DNA of 64,000 nt from Utricularia gibba (taxonomy: Eukaryota > Plantae > Magnoliophyta), in assembly GCA_002189035.1 (NCBI GenBank), contig NEEC01000019.1, positions 806,001 through 870,000 on the forward strand, written 5' to 3'. The position numbers were made by a program, and so were the translations under genes. This document shows, in pieces, positions 23,901 to 37,600 of the stretch (its first letter is position 1; each line of letters opens with the position of its first letter). The notes beneath the pieces are model-generated. The model was not told the origin of the DNA and ran no database searches. It worked only from the letters and a program-made list of their open reading frames with translations.

Positions 23901-26900
23901 TATTCATTTCTTTTGTGTCTCTGTTGTAGATGGATGTTTTCAATACATTCATTGAGTTGCTCAGGCAAACTGCAAATGTTACCAAGGGCCAAGCCGGATT
24001 TGATGAATCAAGGTGAGCTCAATCCGTATTGTTCATGGCCTCCTTGGAAATTGCTTCATTTTCAAGTCTAGTGCACTCTTGTGACATTTTTTTCTCACCA
24101 GCCCCAGGTATCTATTAAAGCAAGAGGTGCCTAAGATTGTTCGATCCATTAACAAACAGCTGCGTGAAAAGTCTATCAAGACTAAGGTAAACATATAATT
24201 AAAAGTACCCATGGTTTTCTTATTGAGCATATGAATTTCACTTGTCATGTGTTGCAGGTTGGGGCATTTTCCGTTCTGAAGGAGCTTGTGATTGTTTTGC
24301 CTGATTGCCTTGCTGAGCATATTGGATCTCTAACTCCTGGAATCGAGAAGGCCCTTTGTGTAAGTTTGGCAACTGCAGCCCGGTTCCAACACACCAACTT
24401 TTTATCCACAATTCAGTTCTGGAGAATTCGTTGTTTATTTTATCCTCTGCCTACAGGACAAATCATCTACTTCAAACCTGAAGATCGAGGCTCTTGTTTT
24501 CACGAAATTAGTTTTAGCATCGCATGCTCCTCCAGTTTTTTACCCCTATATTAAGGTAATGTCATATGCTGCCTGCTGTCACAAGCTTTTATTTAAAAAA
24601 AAAGAGGTTAGGTTCTGATGCAAAGTGTATTTGCTCTCTTCTTGAGTCTTTTAACATACCAAAGACCGTTTCCTTGGAGGATTTACTTGTTCCAAGCTTG
24701 TATGATCATCCATATTTCTATCGCTAAGAGTATTTGTCATCTGTGTTGCTAGGTCATCAATTCCTGATGTTAGAGATGTTATCTGCAGTTTTGATTGGGT
24801 TAATTTTTTACTGGAAGTACCATTGCTAAGTGTTCTCCATGTCATACGAATCACAATTTTCCTGCTGTCAATCTTCATCTGGTTTCTCTAAATGAAGTCC
24901 TTGATAATAGACCACTGCTTTCTCTTCTTTCCCATAATCATGGATGTCAAAATTTCGTGTGCTTTTAAACTACGATACTCATTGCATCAATGTGGAGTAT
25001 GCTAGACCAATTACCACTTGGTTGTCAATTATAGGTTCTGCTCTACATTAGAAAGAGAGACTCCATAAAGCTTACAGTTTTTCTTCAACAGTGGTTACAG
25101 TTGATTTGAAATTTTTTTCTTTTTCTTAGTGTAAGTTTCGGTAGGTCCAAGATGCTTCATGACACTGAAGTTAAAAGTGGAAATTTAGAATTTGATTTGA
25201 TGTATTTAGTTTTTATGGGTTAAACAATTATTTGAATATATACGTTTTTTATTCCTTTTTTATAGGCAATTTCAGCTCCTATCATATCTGCTGTTGGCGA
25301 ACGATATTACAAGGTTACAGCTGAGGCTTTAAGAGCATGTGGAGAACTTGTCCGTGTAGTAAGACCAAACTCCCAGGTCTGATGCCCGTGCCTCTTTCTG
25401 TGGACTTGGTTGATGGGATGTTTATCTAGGATTTAACATGATTTCATTATCAGGATAATGGATTTGATTTCACACCCTATGTACATTCTATATATGCAAC
25501 TATCATGTCACGATTGACAAACCAAGATCAAGATCAGGAAGTGAAAGAATGTGCTATTTCTTGCATGGGGCTTGTCATTTCTGCATTCGGCGATCATCTT
25601 GGAAGGGAATTAACAACTTGCCTTCCTGTGCTCGTTGACAGAATGGGAAATGAGATAACTCGTCTCACTGCTGTTAAGGTCTGTTGGCTATTTCTGAATT
25701 ACTTTATCTGGTATGGTCCTTCGCGTTTATGATGCTTTTAAGCAGCTGCTGTTGTGTCCTACTTTGATGAGAAATTGAGTGTGGGGATGTACACGTATCT
25801 TTCCTTTGGATTGATTTATGTCAATTCTATAAGATTATTTTGTAGCTTTTACATGGCTAAAGAATATAATCTCCAAGTTTGTATGATCTCTCTTTTGAGA
25901 ACACTAGATTAATTCGTGATTCTGGTACATGGTTGATGTATTATTTTTCTGACTTCCAGGCTTTCACAGTCATTGCTGATTCGCCTTTACATCTGGACCT
26001 CTCCTGTGTTTTAGAGCCTGTGATATCGGAATTGACTGCATTCCTCCGGAAGGTATAACATGTATCCTTTTGATTCTGACATTTAAGAATATTTTCTTAA
26101 AATTGTCAACAACAAAGTTGCAATCTCCTTGTTTTCTGGATGATAGGCCAATCGAGCCTTGAGACAGGCTACCCTGGGATCGCTGAACACACTCATTGTT
26201 GGCTATGGTGATAAAATAGGCTCAGCTGCTTATGAAGTCATCGTTGCCGAACTCTCAATGCTGATAAGGTTTTTGTTTATGGAAGTACCAGATCAACATG
26301 TTCCTTGTTGCATAAATGTTCTGGAACTCATTGAATCCTCCTGCATTTTCAGCGACTCAGATTTGCATATGGCTTCTCTGGCTCTTGAATTGTGTTGTAC
26401 ATTAATGGCCGACAAAAGGTCCAGACCAACTGTGGGCTTGACAGTCCGAAACAAAGTCCTTCCTCAAGCGTTGACTCTAATCAGGAGCTCTCTGCTCCAG
26501 GGGCAAGCCCTTGTGGTACTCATCAGTGCATCTTTTGAAGTCTTGACATGCTTCCGTGTCCTTTACCTAGTCTCTTTTTTTTGTTACTTTAGGCACTGCA
26601 GAACTTCTTTACTGCTCTGGTTTTTTCTGCGAACACAAGTTTTGATGCCCTGCTGGACTCTCTTCTTTCAACTGCAAAGCCAAATACCCAGTCTGGTGTT
26701 GCAAAACAGGCTTTGTTCTCTATTGCTCAATGTGTAGCTGTTCTCTGTCTTGCTGCGGGTGACCAAAAATGCTCGTCAATTGTTAATATGCTTACAGATA
26801 TTTTGAAGTCTGAGAGCAGTACTAATTCGGTAATACTTTAGACATATATAAACTTCTTTTCAGAAAGTTTATTCTTGCGATCAGTTATTGCTTCTCTATG

Positions 26901-29033
26901 GTCATTTTATCTTGTTGATAATGGGCTGTGTTGCTTTCTCCTTCACAAAGTCTGCATCTTTGATTTGAAATGATGGCATCATTCTTATTCATTATTATGT
27001 TCGTTTGATAGAGCAAACAACATCTTGCGCTGCTGTGCCTAGGGGAGATAGGCAGGAGAAAGGATCTGAGCTCACATGACCAAATACAGAACATTGTTAT
27101 TGAATCCTTCCAGTCACCTTTTGAAGAAATAAAATCAGCTGCATCTTATGCCCTAGGAAATATTGCTGTCGGCAATCTTCCCAAGTATTTGCCATTCATA
27201 ATGGATAAAATTGATAATCAGCAGAAGAAGCAGTATCTTTTGCTCCATTCTCTGAAGGAGGTTGATCCTTCGTTGAATCTATAATTTTAAAATGTTTTAC
27301 CTTCTCTTGTACCAATGTAAATCTGATATTTTTTATCCATCCCTTTTTGCAGGTCATAGTGAGGCAATCTGTGGATAAAGCTGAATTTGATATTTCTAGT
27401 GTTGAGAAGATAACTAATCTGCTTTTTAACCACTGTGAAAGTGAGGAGGAGGGTGTCCGTAATGTTGTCGCTGAATGTTTAGGGAAGATTGCCTTAATTG
27501 AACCTACGAAACTTGTCCCTGCATTGAAGGTTTTTTTTTTTTTTTTTTTATGCAAGGATCAGTACAAAGTGTATGCGTCTAAATGAGATATCTGTGCACT
27601 GAATTACATTGCCCTGTCTTTGTAGGAGAGGACATCCAGTCCTGCTGCGTTCACACGGGCAACAGTTGTAATTGCTGTAAAATATTCTATTGTTGAGAGA
27701 CACGAGAAAATAGACGAGGTTTTATACCCTGAGATTTCATCTTTTTTTATGCTCATCAAGGATAATGACCGGGTAATTTTTCAGTTATTGTCAGCTTTCT
27801 CATTTAGTCTATTTATGTACGAGAATTAAGAAAACGCTCTTGTTTATTGTATATAATCTTTAAACTCAACTGGTTTCACTTTTTTTAAAAAAAAATTGCA
27901 GCATGTGAGACGTGCAGCCGTACTAGCTTTGAGTACTGCTGCTCACAATAAACCTAACCTGATAAAGGGTCTTCTTCAAGGGCTGTTGCCGCTATTATAT
28001 GATCAAACAGTAATAAAGGTAACCATCATGTGTTGGGACAATCTCTTATAATAAATATCACAAGGGCTTCCATGCTTGTGAGTTAGGTTGCCTTTATTTT
28101 CCTGAAGTTCTGAGTATTATTTTATGTTTTCATTCTCTTCTTTTGATTAATCTGAACTGGACCGTGTGATCAATAGGCATCCATTTTCCTTTTGTCACTC
28201 ACCCTGACTACTTATTTGACATTGTCATATACCTTGTTACACCCATCCATTTATTTGTGTGCCTTTTGTGCACTGCATTGCAGAAAGAGTTGATCAGGAC
28301 AGTGGATCTTGGTCCATTTAAGCATACAGTTGATGACGGTCTAGAGTTGAGGAAAGCTGCCTTTGAATGTGTTCATACTTTGCTGGATGGCTGTTTGGAT
28401 CAAGTGAATCCTTCGTCATTCATTGTTCCATACCTCTTGTCTGGCTTAGATGGTAACGTGGTTTAAGATGCCTGATGTTGGGATCAAACGATCTGGAACA
28501 ATAGTCTGACTCCCAGCTTGCTCATTCTTCATTTCAGATCACTATGACGTGAAGATGCCTTGCCATCTCATCCTTTCGAAGTTGGCCGACAAGTGTCCTG
28601 CAGCGGTGCTAGCAGGTTGTCACTTCATTGCGCTATTCATTGTGTGGATTGTCAGTATTAAAATATATATCGATCCTGTTTCTAAAATCTACATGTTTCC
28701 AGTATTGGATTCTCTGGTGGATCCTCTCCAGAAAACCATCAACTATAAGCCTAAGCCAGCGGCTGTCAAGCAAGAAGTTGACCGTAATGAAGACATGATC
28801 AGGAGCGCCCTCAGGGCAATCTCTTCCTTAAATCGCATAAGGTATCTATCCTCTCCCATAGACTGACTCCTCGTCTGCATACCCCGGGAGCTTTTCTCTT
28901 GCAGAAACCCTGATAAACTCTGAGCTCATCTTGCAGCATGGGGGACTGTAGCCACAAGTTCAAGAGCCTAATGAACGAGATCGCCAAGTCCACTGCTTTA
29001 TCTGAGAAATACTCCTCCATAAGAAACGAATGA
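20966..29033 (+). CDS. CAND1: Cullin-associated NEDD8-dissociated protein 1 (HEAT repeats, multi-exon)
   Basis: Exon 1 20966-21001 [12 protein letters not shown], then [86 protein letters not shown], and final exon 28937-29033 ending SIRNE*. Confidence 0.95.
22214..22720. mobile_element. Degenerate LTR/TRIM-like insertion in a CAND1 intron
   Basis: Begins TGTTGG..AATCCCATATTGATTAG, resembling plant Copia/TRIM LTR starts. It has a TGGTAAGCC PBS-like word, a GAGGGGTGTG PPT-like tract and long G runs, and is compositionally distinct from other introns. No TSD or paired LTR was confirmed. Confidence 0.3.
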
Positions 29034-29993
29034 GACTGTCGTTGCTGAAACATGCTGGTACCAGATGCCTGTCTACCTGCTTCGCTTATCACAGAAACAG
29101 CAAGAAAAAGTAATTTGCCGGTAAAGCGAGACGAGCGAGGAAGCTAGCAGCAGGAGTTCACGGCAGGGGAGACATCTGAGAAGCATGTAGAAAAAGTAAT
29201 TTTGTGGTTTTTTCTGTAGCCTCCACATAACGAAGGTGGGCGAGGGTGTAGTTTGGATTCCATCCATCTCCCCATGAACCGTGGACTTGAATTTCAGTTG
29301 TGTTATCCCTTGGAGTCCGTCTGGGAAAACGGAGTTCTCTGCTTCTTCAAAGGTTTATTATAGTGGCGCCATCGTCGCGAGTTTCAGTGGTAAAGATTTT
29401 GTTTGATTATACCGTTTTAATTTATTCGATATTAAATATATGTTAAATTAATTTTATACAAAAATGAGTTATTTGAAAAAATAGGAATGTGTATTATGAA
29501 AATCATTTATAAGAATATACATTTTTATAATTAAATTTGTATGAAATGCTATGACAATATTTATAGTTGAATAAAATTTTTATAAATAATTAAAAATAGT
29601 TCATACTGTATAAATAATATCAATTATTTATAATGGAAAATAAAAATATATATTTTTTAATATTAAAAATCCTGCAAATTCTAGATTTGGGGCTGGCCCG
29701 TTCATTCTATGGGCTTCCCGTAGGCCGTGCTTTTGTCGGGCTAAGCCCATGATTTTGGGTCCGTAGAGTTGGACCGGCCCAATATTCTCATTCTAACTTC
29801 TAGAGTGTGTTAAAATGGGTGAAGAATGCATTGCAACAATACATGGTTTTGTACACACAAAATTCAGCAGCACAACACACAATTTTGCAACTTCTTGTCC
29901 CCCGCTCTCCTCCTATCTTCCTTCCCTGTAGAAAAAGACCTCCCTGTATTGCGTTGAGCAGCCAGAAAGAACCCCAGACAGCCCACTTCATGC

Positions 29994-32556
29994 TCATGGC
30001 TTCCATGGCGTTGGCGGCGGTGGTGGCATTGGGAACATAGGTGGGACGGCTGAGAACATGGTGTTTTTGTCAACCGTGGCGGTTGTATCACCGGACAGAG
30101 CCACCAGAGCGGCAACAAGGCCAGCATTTCCAGCGAGAGTCGGCTCTGTGTAATTGTAGTTCTTACGAACGTCATGGAAACCGTCATGCCGGTCGGGTCC
30201 GGCCACCATGGCTCCCACCACGGTGTTCGGATTCGGTTTCTGGGTGTCCCTCCATTTCCATCCTCCTTTACAGTCGTACTGAACCTTGTTCTTGGGGATC
30301 GATGCTCCTCTATGGTGGACGTGCCTCGGATAATGGTTTCCGAACCCCACCACATAGCTCATATGCCTTGGATTCTGGCCCAGGATGTAGTTGATCTACG
30401 ATGCAAAGTGTATCAAATATCAGGGAACGATCCCAACTGAGCTGATATCTGATGCAATGCTCAAACATGGTACCTGTGTCTGGGCGAACTCTCGAAGGAC
30501 ATCAGTTGTATAGAAATGGGGGCCGCAGTTCCAGCCAGGGATATCAGATGCACGCATGTAGTCACTGAAAAGAGTAGCTAGAAAAGCAGCATTCACCACA
30601 TACTGGAGAGGCTGAGGAGCTCCATGATTCAACTGAATCATTCCTCCTGCTCATCAGAACTCCAACATAAGTAGTTAACAAAAAAGAGAACCACTGCCGG
30701 AGAAGAATGGATTGGATTACCTCTTGTCCGGTTGAATGAAGTGAAGTAGGGGAGGAAAGAGCAGAGATATATGCTGGTCTGGTTATGAAATGTTGCCAAG
30801 ATTTCTTCATATGGATAACCGGGACTCAAGAATAATCGTAACCGACTAAGCAGCAGCTAAACACCAAGCACAAGCTTGTTCAGAACAGAAAGCAACCAAT
30901 CAAGGATAAAAAGTGGAAACTGAAGCTTACTTGAGCTCCAGGAAGCTTATTGTCCCAGCTTAATACACCGTAATACGGTCCGCCCCAGAACGCACCGGCA
31001 CGCTTGGCTAGAGTAGGGTGTGTACCAAGATGCAGGTATGAAGAGTTACCTGTAGCATAGTATAACCACGTTGCACCCCAAACGAACTCGTCCCAGTAGC
31101 TTGTAGAATTGTAGAAGATGGCAGCTTCTGTTCCTTCACTGTATCTCCCTCTTTGTTTCCTAGAAAAATCGAAGAGAGTCTTGGCACCATGTATAAGCTT
31201 TTGTGAGTAGGCTTTGTTGTCCTTGAAAACAATAGATGCTGAAGCCAAAGCTGCAGCCATTTCTGCAGCAAGATCTGAGCAAGTACTGCATTCAGTAACT
31301 GGTCTTTCATAATCAATATCCTCGGGGCGCATCCAACAGTAGTGATCATTTGGATCAGTTGCCTCTGCTGAAGTATCTCCTTTACCAATCTGTCAACATA
31401 AAAAGCATAGATGATGCTTAATATTCCTCCATTGCCATGAATATTGGAAACACACAGCTTGCTCATGAAAGGATGGGATAAGACATAACAACAGAAACGC
31501 CAGTCCAATGTTTTTTCACCCCATTCAGATTCACGAATTGCCAATGAAAACACAAGGCTTAGATAAAATCCACATCCACAGGGCTACTGAATGGAAAAGA
31601 TCTACGATGCATCTCTTCCTATCATGAAATTCGGAGATTTGTCATATTCGTTACCTGAGCAACTAGTCTATCAATGGAGTCAGCTGTGTGATTAAAAGTC
31701 TTGAGAAAGTAATCAGTTCCCCACTTAATGATATCCTTGACGTGATTCAGTTCTCCAGCCGCTTCATACTTGGCACTGTATTCTATCACACTCCAACTCA
31801 ACATTGTCATTGCAAAAGACTGAGGAAAATTGAACTTGATGGCATCTCCAGCATCATAATATCCACCGGATAGATCTTTAAACAAGGTGGATGAATCCGA
31901 CTCTCCATCATGTGTGCAGGAGTTTCCTCTCCATGAAACGTTGTTATGCTTCGGTAGTTTCCCCGCTGTAAGTTGACACAAAGTGAATAGTTCAATGAAA
32001 ATATAATCACCGCATAAGACCTCTGCAAAGTTCGTGATTTTGATAATTTTTTAGCCATGGAAGGCAAAGCCCAGAAAATAAGTACAAGAAAAAACTCACA
32101 AAGATCACTTCTTTCAGAAAGACCATAAAAAAAACCGCAGATCCTGTGAATTCAGCGAAATCAAAAGAGCTGTTGTTAACTTACATCGTTGGGCGTTGAA
32201 AAACATTAGAGCCTTGTGCAGCGCCACAGTGTAATTATCCGGCGGCGGGGGCGGTGGTGGTGGCGGGGCACCAGCTTCACGATCATCGTAATAAACCCAG
32301 CGAGAAACCCCGCCACCAGAAGTGTTCCCACAGTCCACATAAAAATCTTTCTGCTAACAATGACGCACCCCAGATCTACGTATTTCTTCTTCTTAACCTC
32401 CCCAGTTGGCCCCAAAAGCCAACTCTGCTGCGTCTCGTCCAGTGGTCGCGATAGCGCCGCCCTATCGTAATCCTGCAAATTCCTACTCCTTTCATCGTCC
32501 GTTGCTGAATCCCCCGCGATCTCCAACGGCCCACCCCATGGATCCCTTCCGTACAT
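29994..32556 (-). CDS. KOR1: KORRIGAN1-like membrane-anchored endo-1,4-beta-glucanase (GH9A), with one apparent -1 frameshift at 32247-32251
   Basis: [13 protein letters not shown]...[23 protein letters not shown] helix, [74 protein letters not shown], and C-terminus [10 protein letters not shown]. Confidence 0.93.
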
Positions 32557-34585
32557 GCTCGTTCAGATCAAAAAAACAGGCAGGAGAACCCAACAAAGAT
32601 TCCGCCTTTAGTTTCACTAAATCTTAAGCACAAGACCCACTTTCCGGCATGAGAAGCAGCGCATTCAGGAAATGGGTTTGTGTCTGGAATAGCAAAGAGT
32701 GTGTGGCTGAAGAGAAGAAGGATTCAGCTCCAACCAACGCGAAGCTGGAAGAGCAATGTGGTTGACGAAAGCGACAGCCAGGCTACTTGACGATTGACAC
32801 TCCCGCTAATTCCAATGATTTGCCTACTGAACTTTTAGCAATTCATCTAATTACGCCATTGTCGGTCTCGGCACCTATCTTTGAGGTTTACTGCATTTAC
32901 ACCCTGTAACAACAAACGTTCAGCCTGCCCGCCATTTGAGGAATCTTCCAACATTTTACTGCTGAATCTACCTTCCTTGCTCTTGGGTTTGCTTGGGTAA
33001 CACTCAAATTACAGTAGTTGGACATCCAAATCGTGCAGTCGACAACCAGAACAAAGAGTATCGCTGTTGCTTCAATCTTTAATCGGCAACGCATGCATTT
33101 CGCCCACCGACGGGCACGAGGGGAATATTCGTGTGGTTCAGCTCATACCAAATTGGGCCGGGCAATTCTAGCGGATACTGCATTGGGATTAATACGTGAA
33201 AATTTTGGGATTCAATATACTCAATGCATCAAATTATGAGAACAAGGGCCACGTCCAACTAAGTATATAAATATTTTAGATGAATCTAATATCAATTACG
33301 GATAAAATACAAAGACAGTTTATATAAAAAGACATTCTTTAATCTTGCATTAAGATTTTTTTTCAAAGAATATAACGTAAAATTCTAAAGATTAGATAAT
33401 TGAAACAGACAATATCATATATATATTAAGAATGAGTTGTGATATTTGATATCCAAACAAATTCAATCAATTTAGGAACTAAACCGGAGTAATTTTAAAA
33501 AATACTTATTGTGATGTTAGTGTACGAAAAAAATATCTATTTTATATGAAAAAAATAATATCATTATGTGAAATAGAGGGATACAATAAGTACTTTTATA
33601 AAATACTCCATTAAACCGTGTTTGCCACAACATCAGCTACCTACACAATACTCACATAGTTTGGCAACTTAACTTGATGCAGAGAAGTTTCTAGAATGTG
33701 GAGGTGTCAATCGAACAATGATCCCATGATTAGTGACTTCAACACGTTCTCTCCTTCATTCTCGTTTAGTATGTATATTCATGTAATAAGTTGTCAAGTT
33801 TCATGTTCTTGTTCTAAAGTTGTGTTGGCAAATTTGCTTTGTCATCTCCAAGTATAAGAGCTTTGATCTAAGTCATTTGCAATCAGTGAAAACCACCACT
33901 CATTCAATCTTATAGAAGTATGAAATGCCATAAGGAAAGCTTGTTGGTCAGTAGTGAAATTAAATGGCATGATCCATCCAAAATTTACATGATATTGTTT
34001 GTTTTGTATACTCAATTCTCATAATTTTATATTATCTTCTTTCGCAGAAAAGACCTTCATCTCATACTTTTCCTCATTTATAATTTATGTAAAAAATTAT
34101 TAAAGGTCCTAACCCTTACATCATCACTTTCTTAAATACTCAACATCCTCACAATACCTCCTCATCCAACATTTGTTACATACCCGGATTTGATTATAAT
34201 ATCAAATACCATGACCCACTCTCCCAAACTCATGCATCTTTACTACTGAAATCGATCTGATGGTTGTAGTGGGCAGGTCTGATGGAGGCTCTCAGTTGCA
34301 GCTTCTTTTGTTCACTTGTGGCATATGGGGGCTTGTTTCTAATACAGATGGTTCACTTCTCAAGTCAGAGGCAGTCAGTTGTGAGGCCCCATGCAGGAAG
34401 GTGGAAGTTCGACCTACAATCCCACATGGATAGAAAAAGAAAGAGATGACCCTTATGCAGAGATCAGTTTGCTGGTCTAACTCTGGTTAACCAGACCATG
34501 GTTAAATGTTTCAACCGTCGGAAATCATAAGCACAACTGACCACTTATATGGTTAAAGAATGCGTTTTCTTTTTTAAACAAGAAG

Positions 34586-34642
34586 AGATCTTTAACTAGC
34601 AACAAAAAAAAGTGAAGATCTTTAACTAGCAACAAAAAAAGT
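34586..34642. repeat. Tandem duplication of ~28-30 bp immediately 3' of the MAA3 stop codon
   Basis: AGATCTTTAACTAGCAACAAAAAAA(A)GT occurs twice, at ~34586 and ~34616. Confidence 0.75.
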
Positions 34643-34655
34643 AGGCACTTGGGGC

Positions 34656-37600
34656 TCAATCATCGCCGCCCATGTCACCACCGTCGTAGCCGTCGTCCAT
34701 ATCACCCATGTCTCCCCACTCCGCACCTTCCTCCGGTTCATGTGCATCCCCGAGGCCACCAATGTGCATCATGTCCATGTCATACTCACCAAAATCCTCA
34801 CCTTCTCCGGTTGGAGCACCTTCCTGCACTTGCAGCGATTTGAGGTTTGCATCGCTGAAGAAGTCGTTGTATGGCTTTGAGACCTGAATTTCCCAGGCGT
34901 CGTGAAACATTTGTGAGTGGGGCGCCATGTAGCTACTCAAGAGTGGAAACTGGGAATACCTTAAATGCAAGGTCCCTCTGTTCAGCGCTCTCGATCAGAT
35001 TCTTCCAGTGCTCGTCTCTTCTCAGTGTGGATGCAGAGCCGACCACCTGAAAAAAAAAAAAAAATGGTTTCAGAGTAAGAAGGCCTGCATTCCCGAGCAA
35101 AGCTTGTTGGGGTGTCGAAAAATGGATGCCCACCAGAACCGAAGACCTTGCTCGAGTTATGCCCACATTCATCCGTCTGAAATCAGAGACAAAACCGATG
35201 CCCCCATCTTTGCTCGCCCTCACACACGAAAAAATGGCAACATCTTTCTCCCGACCCTGTGGAAAGAGTTTCATGGTATCCAGTCACAAGTTTCAGGCAA
35301 GGTTGGTTACATGGGATACTAAAGCCTACCTGGAAGCCGTCCACCGTGTTGATGTCTACAAGTTTGGAGGATTCCAGCCCAAATGTTTCTTTAAACTTGT
35401 CTTTCAAGAGCTTGACTTGGTGTCTGTATGGTGATATAATGGCGACACGGGAACTCATCTTGAGCTGGGGGTATCTACAGACCAACTGGGATAGGAGAGC
35501 AATGACAAAGTCAGCCTCATCTTCGTTAACCCAAGAACCGCTGCCAGATGATTGGGACTCTGTTGCTTCATGTACGTCAAAGAAGCAAAATGGGCCAAAG
35601 CACCGATACTCATGCCAAGAGCGCCTTGTCTGCTCCTCTACATCAGGTCCATCCTCCAGAGCTCCACGGTAGAATTCTTTGGAAGGAAAGCTCCTGATCT
35701 GCGCAAAAAAAGAACTTCATTTTAATGACCACAGGCAGTAAGAAGTTGATAGAATTTGACTGTTTTCGTATCATTGAAGTAACTTGTAGCCATTCTTCAA
35801 ATGAATCTTCAAAATGAGAGAATACGACCAGAGAGAGGAATAGAGACCTCTGGATGCATGCGATATTGAGTATTCAGCATCGTAACTGGATAACCAGCTT
35901 CCTGGAATCTCTTAAATAAACTCATTCCATATCTGCACATGAGAGAAGAAGGTATAATCAGAATGAAAGTCATATCTTTAAAGACATAAGATGACTTTTG
36001 ACAAGTCGCCACCCATTACCCAAATTTTTCTGCAACGGGAGAAATAACCGTAGCTGGCAACTGAACTGGATCCCCAACCTGAAAAGAACAAATCACTAAC
36101 ATATATATATTCATTTAATAACCAATGACTCATTTCACGGAAAGGCAGCGAGGGTGTACCAAGAATACTTGTTTACAGCCAGTGGCGAGAGGAACAAGAG
36201 TTGCTGGCTCCACCTGTTGCAGAAAATGTTTAAACACTGGTTAGAGCGAAATGTAGACAATGGAGTGCAAGATGGTCATGAATTCAAGATCAAGAAATGA
36301 ATGAAAAAGTTAGTTCCATAAAGCATTTCAACAGAAAAACTATACTAAGAATTAATGCTGATACAGCAAAACTTCGCAACATAATCTCGATGTAAAACCA
36401 TCAGGTAAACGCAGCAGCATGCATGAGATGATTCATAATGCCATCACAAGGTACGTATAATTTTCACAAGACAAAGATCAAATGCCAATGCACCATAGTA
36501 AGTGTCCCCTAAAATATTGATTTGCATAGCTTTTACCGCTTGAGCAGCTTCATCAATTATAACAACATCAAAGCGACGATTCAGCTTGCTAAAAATAGCT
36601 GATCCGCTGTAGCTAAGAGTGGAGAACACCTGGAAAATGACCACAATTAGCTCATTCGTAAATTTACATTTAGTTGTCAGTAGTAACTGGGAAAAGATTG
36701 CATTTGCAGGAGGTAGAAAAACCATAGAACTACGAACAATTGCAGCTTCATCCACAATAGAAGCACGGATCCCATCTTTATCCACCAAATTTCCGTTTTT
36801 CTGCTTGTCACCAGCTTGAGAACCCCCGAGAGTTTTTGTTCTACCTAAACAAACAGTAACAATGCCATTTTCTGATTAAGAAACTGAATAAAAACATCTC
36901 TGAAAGAAATGTTCATGAAATTACCAAGTGATCCATGAAAACAGACTGGACTGAGTGGTGGGCCTTGAGACCTGTTCGCACAATCTTTGGGTTGTAAACA
37001 ATTCCATTTTCATTATGAAGACCTGGGAGGAAAATGTGGTCTATTCAAAAGTTTGGAAATAAAAAGACAGTTTCCAGCTTATTCAGACAACCTTCCAGAC
37101 CTTCACAAAACATTAGAATTAAAACACACAGAATTTTATCAGTTCTAAAGAAATATTAACAATATCACACTGCTTGCCTGTTGTTAGAAGGCGAAGAACA
37201 ATTTCATCAAGGGCTGAGTTCGATGGTGCACATACTAGAACCCGAACACGATATTTTCGGGTGGAAACTACAGCTTCTGGTTTCTATTGAAGAACAACAA
37301 GTTCATTACATGGATGATGATCGATCATTTTAAGCAAGAGGTGTGCTCCTTACCAATTCATTGCCGGATGTGGGGAAATACCCATCATCACCATCTACAG
37401 GCATAATCTCAGTTCGTGGACTCCTACCAGTCAACCAAGGGGATGCTCTTAACCAATGACTTTTCCTGCATAGTGAATGAGTTGGTTCAAATAAAGATAA
37501 ATCATGATACTAAAAACTCAAAAAAAAAAAAAAAAATGCAAAGCAAAACTCTAGTAGAGGGGAAATTTAAAGGTGAAAACCACAAAGTAAAAATCAGGCT

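Noticed and set aside
9215-32251. Programmed ribosomal frameshifting as an explanation for the five split genes
   Set aside because: No slippery heptamer or pseudoknot was seen. All five are single-base shortfalls in G/C runs of conserved genes, which assembly error explains more simply.
33660-34200. Possible Copia integrase remnant (NHGIIVRLTPPHS, CEYCVG on minus strand)
   Set aside because: Motifs are short, in the wrong order and stop-ridden, and no LTR was found; cannot be supported without a search.
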